DNA of 36,824 nucleotides from a plasmid: sequence record NZ_CP124639.1. The stretch is one strand, 5' to 3'. A program made the translations under genes and the position numbers. Below the pieces are notes generated by a model, which saw only the letters and a list, made by a program, of their open reading frames with translations, made no database searches and had not been told where the DNA came from. This document shows, piece after piece, positions 1-7,745 of the stretch; positions within the stretch are counted from its first letter, which is position 1; every line of letters starts with the position of its first letter.

Positions 1-245
1 CCGGTCACGCGGATGCGGACTGGCCGTTGATCTACTAGCAGATCGAACGTGTCGCCATCGAGAACGCGGACGACCTTGCCTATCAGTTCTGGCGACTGCG
101 TGCCGGGCGCGACTTGCTGCCCTTCGGCCGCAGGAGCGTCCTTTTGCCGAGAGTCCGCAACGAAATACACAAGGGCGACGAGGCCTAGCGCCACGCCCAT
201 GAAGATATATAAGCCGCGCCCCGCCGTGCCATCCCGCCTAATCAT
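1..245 (-). CDS. Thermonuclease (staphylococcal nuclease-like), N-terminal part; the gene continues across the window boundary into 36824..36464
   Basis: Minus-strand translation from the ATG at 243-245 gives MIRRDGTAGRGLYIFMGVALGLVALVYFVADS…GKVVRVLDGDTFDLLVDQRPVRIRVTG, the classic SNase N-terminus after a TM/signal-like segment. The reading frame is still open at base 1 and continues in frame with the minus-strand ORF at the other window end (…IDAPEKDQPFG…). Confidence 0.75.
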   Translation of the reverse strand, partial: MIRRDGTAGRGLYIFMGVALGLVALVYFVADSRQKDAPAAEGQQVAPGTQSPELIGKVVRVLDGDTFDLLVDQRPVRIRVT

Positions 246-330
246 TGACACCAAGAAAACAAACCCGACCACGCTGCCCATCAGGCAAAGCGCCGGTATC
301 AGCCAGTCACTCATTCCCCTTTCCTCATTG

Positions 331-350
331 TTTGGATTGTGCAATCCAAA
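331..350. promoter_or_regulatory. Inverted repeat TTTGGATTG-tg-CAATCCAAA (9-bp arms, 2-bp spacer) in the divergent promoter region
   Basis: Read directly from the sequence; it sits immediately before the 22-bp operator copy at 350..371. Confidence 0.5.
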
Positions 351-371
351 TGATAGTCATTAGGCTATCAT
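350..371. promoter_or_regulatory. Copy of the 22-bp palindromic operator ATGATAG-TCATTAGG-CTATCAT
   Basis: Perfect 7-bp inverted arms ATGATAG/CTATCAT around an 8-bp core. Near-identical copies at 14804..14825, 14769..14790, 7365..7384 and a partial at 24375..24396. Confidence 0.55.
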
Positions 372-379
372 AAAGCAAG

Positions 380-488
380 TCCGACAAACGACCGTTTGAC
401 GGACACCCCGAAAAGTGTCCGCCAATGCCCTGTTGCATACGTTTGACGGACACATTAGAATAACGGACAATAAACGGACACAACGGAG
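380..488 (+). promoter_or_regulatory. Promoter/leader of ORF 498 carrying 5-6 copies of ACGGACA
   Basis: Direct 13-bp repeat GTTTGACGGACAC at 395-407 and 441-453. Palindrome GGACAC-N8-GTGTCC at 401-420. TTGACG -35-like hexamers. GGAGAG ribosome-binding site (RBS) 9 nt before the ATG at 498. Confidence 0.4.
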
Positions 489-497
489 AGCAACACC

Positions 498-836
498 ATG
501 AACGTCGAGAAACGCCAGCGCATCGAGCGCCGCATCGCACGCGAGGCCATCAAGGGGCTACTCGCCGAGGGCTTCAAGATTTCCGTCTTTGACGGCGAGG
601 AAACCGTACTGACCAAGAGCGTCAATCCGGCCGCCATCGAAAAGGCCATGTTCAGCACGGACGAGGATCAGTTTCACGTCGAGCGCGACGGCGGCGACAA
701 GCCGGAAACCGGCTGGGTGCTGTTCGTCTACGGCAACGACGGTTGGGACGTGATCGCCGACAACACCATGAACCTCGAACCGGCATTGAAGGGCGCGACC
801 GAGCTGGCCGACAAGATCGCCGAGGAAGAAGCGTAA
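498..836 (+). CDS. Hypothetical acidic protein (112 aa)
   Basis: Complete ORF with a GGAGAG RBS and high-GC codon usage; no motif recognised. Confidence 0.6.
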   Translation: MNVEKRQRIERRIAREAIKGLLAEGFKISVFDGEETVLTKSVNPAAIEKAMFSTDEDQFHVERDGGDKPETGWVLFVYGNDGWDVIADNTMNLEPALKGATELADKIAEEEA

Positions 837-891
837 TCCGTCAGGAAGGCCAGCCCGGCGGCTGGCTTTCCACACCACAGAGGAAAGGGAC

Positions 892-1299
892 ATGAGAGGG
901 CGCACATCACTAATCGTTGTTGTTGGGGCAGGCCTTGCATTCGCCGCGCTGGCGTTCGGTGTCATGCGGCGCAGCGAGGCAAACACGGATTTACGGCAAG
1001 CTGCTGTCGCTGACCTGCACGCGGCCGAGAACTACAACGGGTTCATTCAGCAGGTGGCCGAACACGCCCCGGAGGGCATGAAAAAGACCGTGGCCACCGC
1101 TTGGGCGAACTGCGCCCGCATCAGCACCAAATGGGTAGGCCGTCTGCCCGTATCGTCTGGCCCTTCGCAGCACGAACTAGACGTGTGCGAGGCCTCGGCC
1201 GTGCAGTTGGCCACCAGTCGCGGCCACGACGCCGCAGCATCAAGCCAATACGCCCAACGGCTCCGCGCTGCCAGCGCGGCCGTGCGGGCTTCTAACTAA
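892..1299 (+). CDS. Hypothetical membrane-anchored protein (135 aa)
   Basis: ORF with an N-terminal hydrophobic segment (LIVVVGAGLAFAALAFGV); an AGGAAAGGGA RBS-like purine run precedes the ATG. Confidence 0.55.
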   Translation: MRGRTSLIVVVGAGLAFAALAFGVMRRSEANTDLRQAAVADLHAAENYNGFIQQVAEHAPEGMKKTVATAWANCARISTKWVGRLPVSSGPSQHELDVCEASAVQLATSRGHDAAASSQYAQRLRAASAAVRASN

Positions 1300-1315
1300 G
1301 TAAGGAGACTCCGCT

Positions 1316-1930
1316 ATGTTGTTACATCTTGTGCCCCGCCTGTTCGCGTGCCGTGTCAACGAGCCGGAATGCGCCCTGATCGACTTTCATTGTCCTGCGC
1401 TCGGGCTGAAGCTGCGCAACGGCATCGAGCTGGTCGCCCGGCGACCCTACCCGAACAAGCACTATCTGGTGGCCTGCCGCAAAGTTGGCCAAAAGGCCAT
1501 GAACGGCTTTCTGGTCGAGACGACCGAGCGCGTGCGCGAGTTCACGACGCTGACCCGCTGGGCCGTCGGCGCTGATCGCATCGTCAACCATCAGGTGCAG
1601 TATTTCGTGCTCGATGACGAGCTGGACGCCATCACCGACTATATGCCGCTCTGGTATGCAACGTCGCCGAGTCTTGGCAGCTTCTCCAGTCGCTGGCCCG
1701 CCGTGGCCAACGACTGGACACCGGCCGCCGCACAGCCGCGCATGGAACTGGTCAGCCGCGACCGCGCTGGCCATTACGCCGACCGTCTCGATGATGCAGG
1801 CCGCGTGATCGAGCGGGCCGAAGTGTTTCAGTTGCATACCGTCGAGCGTGAGCGCGTTCTGTATCGCAGCAATTCATCCATTTATGACCGCATCCCGACC
1901 GCCGATATGGCGTTCCGGGCCACCATCTAA
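1316..1930 (+). CDS. Hypothetical protein (204 aa)
   Basis: Strong TAAGGAG RBS 8 nt upstream of the ATG; complete ORF, no recognisable motif. Confidence 0.6.
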   Translation: MLLHLVPRLFACRVNEPECALIDFHCPALGLKLRNGIELVARRPYPNKHYLVACRKVGQKAMNGFLVETTERVREFTTLTRWAVGADRIVNHQVQYFVLDDELDAITDYMPLWYATSPSLGSFSSRWPAVANDWTPAAAQPRMELVSRDRAGHYADRLDDAGRVIERAEVFQLHTVERERVLYRSNSSIYDRIPTADMAFRATI

Positions 1931-2024
1931 CCCACTCAAACCGACGCCGCCGGGCCTGCCGGTGGCGTCATGGAGACGTTGCCCAATGCGTGATCCTAAC
2001 GACCCCGGCACAATGGATATAGGG

Positions 2025-2615
2025 ATGACCACCCTTATCGGTTATGCCCGTGTCTCGACCGCTGACCAATCCCTTGATATGCAGATCGAGGCCTTGAAAA
2101 AGGCCGGTTGCGATCAGGTGTTCACTGATGTGGCCAGCGGGGCCAAGGCGGCCCGGCCGGGCCTAGATAAAGCCCTCGCATATCTGCGCGAAGGCGATAC
2201 GCTTGTAGTATGGAAGATTGACCGACTTGGCCGCTCGCTTCGCCATTTGGTGCAAACCGTGGACGAGCTGCGCGAGCGCGGCGTTACTTTCCGCTCGCTT
2301 ACCGACGCGGGAATTGACACCGCGACCCGGAACGGCAAACTACTGTTTAACCTGTTCGCCATGCTCGCCGAGTTTGAGCGCGACCTGATACGGGAGCGAA
2401 CCAAAGCGGGGTTGGCCGCCGCTGCGGCCCGAGGCCGCAACGGCGGGCGCAGGCATGTAGTAACACCGGCCAAGCTGGAAAGAGCACGTAAGCTGATGGC
2501 AACTAAGCGGATGACCGTCCGCGAGGCGGCCGCCGCTGTCAAAGTCGGCAAGACTGCCTTGTATGAGGCTTTGAAGGACGCCGGCGACGGCGACCGCACG
2601 GAGAGCGACGAATAG
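2025..2615 (+). CDS. Serine recombinase of the resolvase/invertase family (multimer resolution)
   Basis: N-terminus MTTLIGYARVSTADQSLDMQ carries the catalytic Ser in the GYARVS context. DRLGRS motif present. C-terminal HTH (TVREAAAAVKVGKTALYEAL). An alternative ATG at 2013 is possible; the long upstream extension from 1848 is implausible. Confidence 0.85.
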   Translation: MTTLIGYARVSTADQSLDMQIEALKKAGCDQVFTDVASGAKAARPGLDKALAYLREGDTLVVWKIDRLGRSLRHLVQTVDELRERGVTFRSLTDAGIDTATRNGKLLFNLFAMLAEFERDLIRERTKAGLAAAAARGRNGGRRHVVTPAKLERARKLMATKRMTVREAAAAVKVGKTALYEALKDAGDGDRTESDE

Positions 2616-2788
2616 GGCGGCCGGTGGCCGTCTCCGTTCGTTGACCTGTTTGGGTGCCAGTGTATCGGCTGGGCGGAATTGCAACGCTTTCAGCGTCCGC
2701 CACTGCGTTCCGGCCCAAGGGTGCAACAACCGCTTTCCAGCCGATTGACCACAGGCCCACAGGCCAACAACCGAACGGAGAAACCACC

Positions 2789-3037
2789 ATGAACTACACC
2801 GCCCTTTACTCGACCATCTACCGCGTGCGGAACCTTACCCGCACCGTCGCCAAAATCCTCGCTTGGGCGCTCGGTCTACAGCTCGCCATCCTCTACGGAC
2901 TGGCCACCGTCGCCGACGCGCCGCTGATGCAGCTTGCAGGCCCCGGCCTTCGCTTCGCGGCCGTGCTGGCCGTGGTGATCTTCGCCCCGCGAGTCTTCGA
3001 CGCCGCGCTACGCCGCATCGCCACCCGCCGGGCCTGA
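2789..3037 (+). CDS. Small hydrophobic membrane protein (82 aa)
   Basis: ATG preceded by GGAGAAACCACC; two predicted TM segments. The longer ORF from 2654 lacks an RBS. Confidence 0.45.
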   Translation: MNYTALYSTIYRVRNLTRTVAKILAWALGLQLAILYGLATVADAPLMQLAGPGLRFAAVLAVVIFAPRVFDAALRRIATRRA

Positions 3038-3171
3038 ACGGCTCGGCACCAAAGGGAAATTCCCGGCGCGGCGCTCGGCCGCCACCCAACTGCCCCGGCA
3101 AACCTCCCAGCAGCCCCTACACGGCCCGTTCGGCCCGTTGGCCTCCCTACCCTCTACCGCTTTTTCCTCCC

Positions 3172-3221
3172 GGCCCTCACAGGGCCTTTTTTGCGGCCAA
3201 AGAAAAAGGGCCGTGAGGCCC
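3172..3221. terminator. Back-to-back rho-independent terminators
   Basis: GGCCCTCACAGGGCC followed by TTTTTTG terminates plus-strand transcription. GGGCCTCACGGCCC followed by TTTTTCTTTGG (read on the minus strand) terminates the trb operon after the 156-aa ORF. Confidence 0.6.
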
Positions 3222-3268
3222 TTGCTTTCCTTGGTGTTGGTGGTCAGTCGTGGCGCTGACCTTCATCG

Positions 3269-3739
3269 TTAAAGGGAAATGCCGCCGCCCTTCGAGGCGC
3301 TGCGCTGTTGTTGTTGCGCCAGACTGGCGGCTTGGCCGGGCCGGGCGGTGCCCTTCCCGTTCACATAGCCGACCGTGTAGGTGCGACCGGCAACGATCTG
3401 GTCGCCCTTGGCTTCCAGATCGGCAAAGGCCGAGCGCGAATGCTCGACAATGCCCTTGCCGGAAAGCTGGTAGACCGCCTTGCTATCGACATGCAGAACC
3501 TGCCCGGTGTAGGCGGATTCCTTGCCATCCTTGCCGGTGTCCGGCTTGGTGGCTTCGGCCAGTTGGTAGATGCCCTTGGGCAGCCCGTTTTCCGGCAGAA
3601 CCTTGATAGTCATCCACTCGCCTTTCACCACCTGGTCGAGCTGGCGACTACCGTTCAGGACGCAGACCTTGCGCGAGCCTTCCGGCATCATCTTCGTGGT
3701 CGGCCCTATCGGGTTCAGGCTGTTGGGGGTGCTTGCCAT
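3269..3739 (-). CDS. Hypothetical protein (156 aa), last gene of the trb operon after trbI
   Basis: TAAGGAG RBS 8 nt upstream of the ATG at 3739 and a protein-like composition. The antisense 159-aa ORF (3308..3787) is a GC-rich shadow. Confidence 0.6.
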   Translation of the reverse strand: MASTPNSLNPIGPTTKMMPEGSRKVCVLNGSRQLDQVVKGEWMTIKVLPENGLPKGIYQLAEATKPDTGKDGKESAYTGQVLHVDSKAVYQLSGKGIVEHSRSAFADLEAKGDQIVAGRTYTVGYVNGKGTARPGQAASLAQQQQRSASKGGGISL

Positions 3740-3790
3740 ACGGTTTTACTCCTTACAGTGAAGGCGGCCGCGAACGGCCGCCGGTAGTCA

Positions 3791-5254
3791 TCAATTGCAG
3801 CCCTTGCCGGTGCTTCCGGCCATCGGGTGGCCTTCCCACGTCGGCAGGATAATGTCCTTCGTCACCATGATGTTGAACTCGTAGCCCGGACGGATTTCGA
3901 GCGTCGGCTGAATGTTCATGTTGCGTTGGGCCATCTGCATACCAATCTGCCCCATCTGCTGACCCAGCGACCCGGCGATGATTTGCGAGCTGCTGTAGTT
4001 CTCGCCGTTGCTGGCCTGCGGCTGCGAAAGCTGGATGCCTGCGGAGAAGACCGAAAGCAGCAAGCCACTGCCGAAGATGCGCAGATAATGGTTGTTCACC
4101 TTGTCATTGAAACCAGCATAGCCGCCCACATCAGCGCCCGGCATGTTGTCAATCGAGATCGAAGAACCATCCGGGTAGATGATGCGCCGCCAGACCGCGA
4201 GCGCCCGCTGCTGGCCGAGGGTTACGCCGCTGTCGTAGGTGCCAACCAAACGCGAACCCGGCGGGATCAGGCATTGCGTGCTGGTCGCGCTGTCGTACAC
4301 CGCTTCGCGCACCTGCCCGATGATTTGGCCCGGCAGATCGGAGTTGATACCGGAAATCATCACGCCGGGGATAACCCAACCGGCTTTGATTTCCTGCGAC
4401 GGAGCGACGGCCCCCTTGCGCTGGCGAGCCAAATAGACCTCAGCTTCTGGCGTGCCTGCGAGGAACGCTTGCTTGCGATCCTGTTGGTTCTCGGCCGCCA
4501 TGCTGTTGCCACCCATACCGCCACCGCCCATGCCCGGCATACCACCGCCCATGCCGCCCATACCTGCGGCCTGACCGTTCGCGGCCAAGTAGCGGTTCAT
4601 CAGCTCGTCCGCGTTGACGCGGTTCGCGCCCGCCTGCTGCATGGCCACCTGCTGGGTGCCGCCGTTCTGGCCGCCCTTGGTCGTGAAGCCCTGCACCGAG
4701 GCGTCACCGTTCAGGGCTTCGTCCCACTTGGCCAGTCGCTTGTCTTCGGCCTGCTGAATCTGCCGCAACCGGCGTTGCATGGCCTCAGACGGCGCGGCCG
4801 GAGCCGCTGCACGCTGCTGCCCTTCGGTCGGTTGTCCGCCGGTTTCGACCGGCTGCGCCGAGTCCGTGGGCATCTGCGGCTGACCTGCGGGGGGCACGTA
4901 GTCGTTGCCGTCCGGCCGCACAGGGGGAGCCGCTACCGTTGCCACTGGTGGCCCGTCGCCTTCGGCCTTCGGGGCAACCTGCGCCGCCTGCCGCTGGAAA
5001 AACGTGTAGCTGACGCCCGCCACAGCGAGCAGGATCACGCCACCGACAACGAACAACGGTTTGTTGTTCAGGCGGCGAACCCCCTTCCCTCTTTTTGGTG
5101 TCGCCAGATAGTCGGGCGAGCCGTTGCCATCCGCTCGCATATCAGGATCGTCGTGCATGTCCGCGTCGTCGTCATGCTCGCGGTCGTTATGCACTTCCGC
5201 ATCCTCAAGCGGCAGGTCGGTGTTCTGGTCGTTGTCTTTGTCGTGCGTGCTCAT
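3791..5254 (-). CDS. trbI: Conjugal transfer protein TrbI (VirB10 family)
   Basis: Acidic N-terminus, single TM segment (LFVVGGVILLAVAGV), Pro-rich linker, and the conserved VirB10 C-terminal domain (…IPPGSRLVGTYDSGVTLGQQRALAVWRRIIYPDGSSI…). ATGA overlap with the trbH stop. Confidence 0.9.
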   Translation of the reverse strand: MSTHDKDNDQNTDLPLEDAEVHNDREHDDDADMHDDPDMRADGNGSPDYLATPKRGKGVRRLNNKPLFVVGGVILLAVAGVSYTFFQRQAAQVAPKAEGDGPPVATVAAPPVRPDGNDYVPPAGQPQMPTDSAQPVETGGQPTEGQQRAAAPAAPSEAMQRRLRQIQQAEDKRLAKWDEALNGDASVQGFTTKGGQNGGTQQVAMQQAGANRVNADELMNRYLAANGQAAGMGGMGGGMPGMGGGGMGGNSMAAENQQDRKQAFLAGTPEAEVYLARQRKGAVAPSQEIKAGWVIPGVMISGINSDLPGQIIGQVREAVYDSATSTQCLIPPGSRLVGTYDSGVTLGQQRALAVWRRIIYPDGSSISIDNMPGADVGGYAGFNDKVNNHYLRIFGSGLLLSVFSAGIQLSQPQASNGENYSSSQIIAGSLGQQMGQIGMQMAQRNMNIQPTLEIRPGYEFNIMVTKDIILPTWEGHPMAGSTGKGCN

Positions 5255-5709
5255 TGCGCACCCCCTCGAACCGTGAACGGGGCACCCGGCAGGAGCTGGC
5301 CATTAGAGCCGCGCGGGTAGTACCGGCTGGCCTCGATGCCCTGATATTGCAGACGCAGCAGCACGCCGCTATCGAGCGGCGATGCGATGTAGCGCAGAGG
5401 CACACCCGCACCACCGGCCTTGCCGGTCTGCGGATCAACCAACGTCACGCCGTAGCCCCGCGCACGGAGCGCGGGCAGCATGGCCGCCGTCAGTGCGTCG
5501 TGATCCTTCGCGGCAGGAGGATCGAGCACAATGGTGGTTCGCGCAGGAGGAAGCGGATCGGCCAGATAGGCGACCGTATCGCTTGCGAGCGTCTGCGCAT
5601 CGCTGGCCGTCACGGTCGGTTCGACGTAGGACATGGTAGGCCGCGACGTTGCGCAGGCGCTCAGGAGAAGCGCCGCCGCGAGCGGCGCAATCAGGTGAAG
5701 GCGTGCCAT
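5251..5709 (-). CDS. trbH: Conjugal transfer lipoprotein TrbH
   Basis: Start MARLHLIAPLAAALLLSAC gives a lipobox (LSAC). Its position between trbG and trbI matches the trb order. The ORF-track extension to 5769 overlaps trbG and is rejected. Confidence 0.7.
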   Translation of the reverse strand: MARLHLIAPLAAALLLSACATSRPTMSYVEPTVTASDAQTLASDTVAYLADPLPPARTTIVLDPPAAKDHDALTAAMLPALRARGYGVTLVDPQTGKAGGAGVPLRYIASPLDSGVLLRLQYQGIEASRYYPRGSNGQLLPGAPFTVRGGAQ

Positions 5710-5710
5710 C

Positions 5711-6649
5711 TTATTTGCCCCCCGTGCGCGTAATGGTGACTTCGGTTTGGTTGCGGCCGACGCCGACAATCAGAGACGCCCGATCCGGCACCTTATCGAC
5801 CACGTAGCGATCGCCGATCGGGCGGTAATTGACGAGCTTCTCGGTAGCCTTCGAGAACAGGCCGCCATCGTTGCCCTTGGCCACCAGTGCCGGGGCCTCG
5901 CCGCCGAAGCTCGCCGATGGGAACTGAATGTAGGTCTTGGTGCCATCCGTGTAGACGCGCACCGGCTTCCAGCTCGGGCTATCACCGCCAATGCGGAAAC
6001 CGAAATCGAGGTTGGCCAGATTCTGGCCGGTCGGCATGGTGTTGTTGTAGACCTGCTTGGCGTGCTGCTCGCGGTACGCGGCCCACTGGCGTTCTACGTC
6101 GTCGGGATAGTCGAACGACAGCACCGGAATCCACTCGCGTTGCGTGCTGGCCAGCTTGATCGAGTACAGGCGGCGGTCAGTGGCCACGCTCAGGTTAGTG
6201 ACCAGTCCGGCGTCGGTAGGCTTGACCACAATCACGGTCGTAGCGTTCGCCCCGCTGCCCATCGTGGCCGGGGTGATTTTCCAACGTGCGTTGTCGCCCG
6301 CGTGAACGTCGTTCACTACCTCACCCGGTTGCAGCTCGATATTGCAGACCTGCAAGGGTGTGCAAACCAACGTCGGCAGGGTGGCACCAAAAAGGTATTT
6401 CACGCTGCCGTCTGCGCCACGGCGCGGGCGGTCAGGGTGTGACTTCCATTGATTGGCCAAGCGGATGCCGTAGGCCTCCTTGCCATCGAGCCGCACCTGA
6501 TCGGGCGACACCAGATTGACCGGCGGCAGAACTTCACCTTGGCCAGCAGCGAGCGCCGGAACGTCTTGCGCGAACGTGGGGGCAGCAATTGCGGCAACGA
6601 AAAGGCCCGCCATCCATTGAGTCTTTTTCATATATTCACCAGTCATCAT
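5711..6649 (-). CDS. trbG: Conjugal transfer protein TrbG (VirB9 family)
   Basis: Signal peptide …KKTQWMAGLFVAAIAAPTFAQD and the VirB9/CagX/TrbG fold sequence. The ATG overlaps the trbF stop (TAATGATG); an alternative ATG lies at 6631. Confidence 0.85.
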   Translation of the reverse strand: MMTGEYMKKTQWMAGLFVAAIAAPTFAQDVPALAAGQGEVLPPVNLVSPDQVRLDGKEAYGIRLANQWKSHPDRPRRGADGSVKYLFGATLPTLVCTPLQVCNIELQPGEVVNDVHAGDNARWKITPATMGSGANATTVIVVKPTDAGLVTNLSVATDRRLYSIKLASTQREWIPVLSFDYPDDVERQWAAYREQHAKQVYNNTMPTGQNLANLDFGFRIGGDSPSWKPVRVYTDGTKTYIQFPSASFGGEAPALVAKGNDGGLFSKATEKLVNYRPIGDRYVVDKVPDRASLIVGVGRNQTEVTITRTGGK

Positions 6650-7347
6650 TAGTTGCGAACGGGCCAAGAGAATTGGCGGACGTAGAGGCCAACCGGGTTG
6701 GCCATAAGCTGGGCTTCATCCTTCGGCGCAGCGATCAGGACGTTGGCCGTGAGCTGATAGCTTTGGGTGCCGATCAGCTTGCCGGAAGTGCGGTTTTTCA
6801 CCGTTTCCGTCCACTCGACTTGCCAAGTGTCTTTCGAGAGCTGGACAGGCGTTTGCATGGCCACCTCGACGGTTTCATTGGCGGCCCGCTGATACGGGTT
6901 GTGCTCCCGGTGATACGTGGCCAGCGTCTGATACGCGGCGCTGTCGGGCAGCGTCATCGCATAGGTCGCATCGACGACGCGCTTGGTTGCCCGGTTGTCC
7001 GCGTACACCGTGCGAGCACCAAGAACCCAATCTTGCAGCGCAGCGCGGATTTGTTCGGTCTTCGGCCCCGGCGTGGCCTGATCGGCCCGCCAGATTTCGC
7101 GGCTTTTGCCGTTGGCGTCGGTGTTGACGTAGTAGACCGCGATTTTCTCTTTGGAAGCCTGAATGACATTCCCGGCCGCCGAGAGAATCAGCGCGACACC
7201 AACGACAAACGCGGCCGTCCGCCAGTTGCGGGCGTCGATGATATGACTGCCATAACGCTCGTTCCACTCGCGGCGGGCTGCGAGGTAAGGCGTGCCGGGC
7301 GGGGCTTTCGGTGCCCGCTGACCCTTTTTCTTGCTATTGGGTTGCAT
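6649..7347 (-). CDS. trbF: Conjugal transfer protein TrbF (VirB8 family)
   Basis: N-terminus …YLAARREWNERYGS, a single TM segment, and the VirB8-like periplasmic domain typical of TrbF. Confidence 0.85.
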   Translation of the reverse strand: MQPNSKKKGQRAPKAPPGTPYLAARREWNERYGSHIIDARNWRTAAFVVGVALILSAAGNVIQASKEKIAVYYVNTDANGKSREIWRADQATPGPKTEQIRAALQDWVLGARTVYADNRATKRVVDATYAMTLPDSAAYQTLATYHREHNPYQRAANETVEVAMQTPVQLSKDTWQVEWTETVKNRTSGKLIGTQSYQLTANVLIAAPKDEAQLMANPVGLYVRQFSWPVRN

Positions 7348-7364
7348 AAGTACGTCCGTCCATT

Positions 7365-7384
7365 TGATAGTCTGTAGACTATAT
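7365..7384. promoter_or_regulatory. Operator copy (TGATAG-TCTGTAGA-CTATAT) 18 bp upstream of the trbF start codon
   Basis: Same 22-bp palindrome family as 350..371 and 14804..14825. It follows a hairpin at 7401..7432. Confidence 0.5.
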
Positions 7385-7400
7385 TATTGGCCAAAGTAAC

Positions 7401-7432
7401 CCCTCCTAGCAAGCACTAGGAGAGGCTTTTTT
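7401..7432 (-). terminator. Hairpin CCTCTCCTAG-N6-CTAGGAGG between the 101-aa ORF and trbF; possible attenuator or partial terminator
   Basis: 7-bp stem CTCCTAG/CTAGGAG with a T-run on the top strand and a weak U-tract (UUACUUU) on the minus-strand transcript. Confidence 0.3.
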
Positions 7433-7436
7433 CGGG

Positions 7437-7742
7437 TTAGTCCCGGCGATTGTTGCGTTGATGCTTCGACAGTTCTTCGAGGTCGTCCCACATGTCGCGG
7501 CTGCGACGGTTGCCGAACAGGGGAACCCTGCTCAGTCCGCGCCCTACGCTGACCATTGCGCCGCTCAGAGGGCGGAACAGCCAGCGCGTTTTTCGCTGGG
7601 CGGTGGACACTTTCGCGTCGATTTTGTCGAGCTGGTCACTGTAGCCTTTACGGCGCAACCACTGCCCTAACGCCCATAGTCCAAGGCCTATCAAAAACAT
7701 GGCCAGCAAGGGCAGGAAGAACAAGGCGAGTTCGGCGATCAT
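7437..7742 (-). CDS. Small membrane protein (101 aa) inserted between trbL and trbF
   Basis: N-terminal TM (LALFFLPLLAMFLIGLGLWALG) followed by a basic tail. Its ATG lies 3 nt after the trbL stop. It is not part of the canonical trb set. Confidence 0.55.
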   Translation of the reverse strand: MIAELALFFLPLLAMFLIGLGLWALGQWLRRKGYSDQLDKIDAKVSTAQRKTRWLFRPLSGAMVSVGRGLSRVPLFGNRRSRDMWDDLEELSKHQRNNRRD

Positions 7743-7745
7743 GGC

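Noticed and set aside
49-363. 104-aa plus-strand ORF at the window start
   Set aside because: It overlaps the minus-strand SNase N-terminus, which has the conserved DGDT…RIRVTG motif, and it has no RBS.
1848-2024. N-terminal 59-aa extension of the resolvase ORF
   Set aside because: Serine recombinases begin a few residues before the GYARVS motif. The extension overlaps the upstream gene and lacks an RBS.
3827-5320. 497-aa plus-strand ORF antisense to trbI
   Set aside because: Antisense shadow of a bona fide VirB10 homologue; Arg/His/Val-rich junk composition and no RBS.
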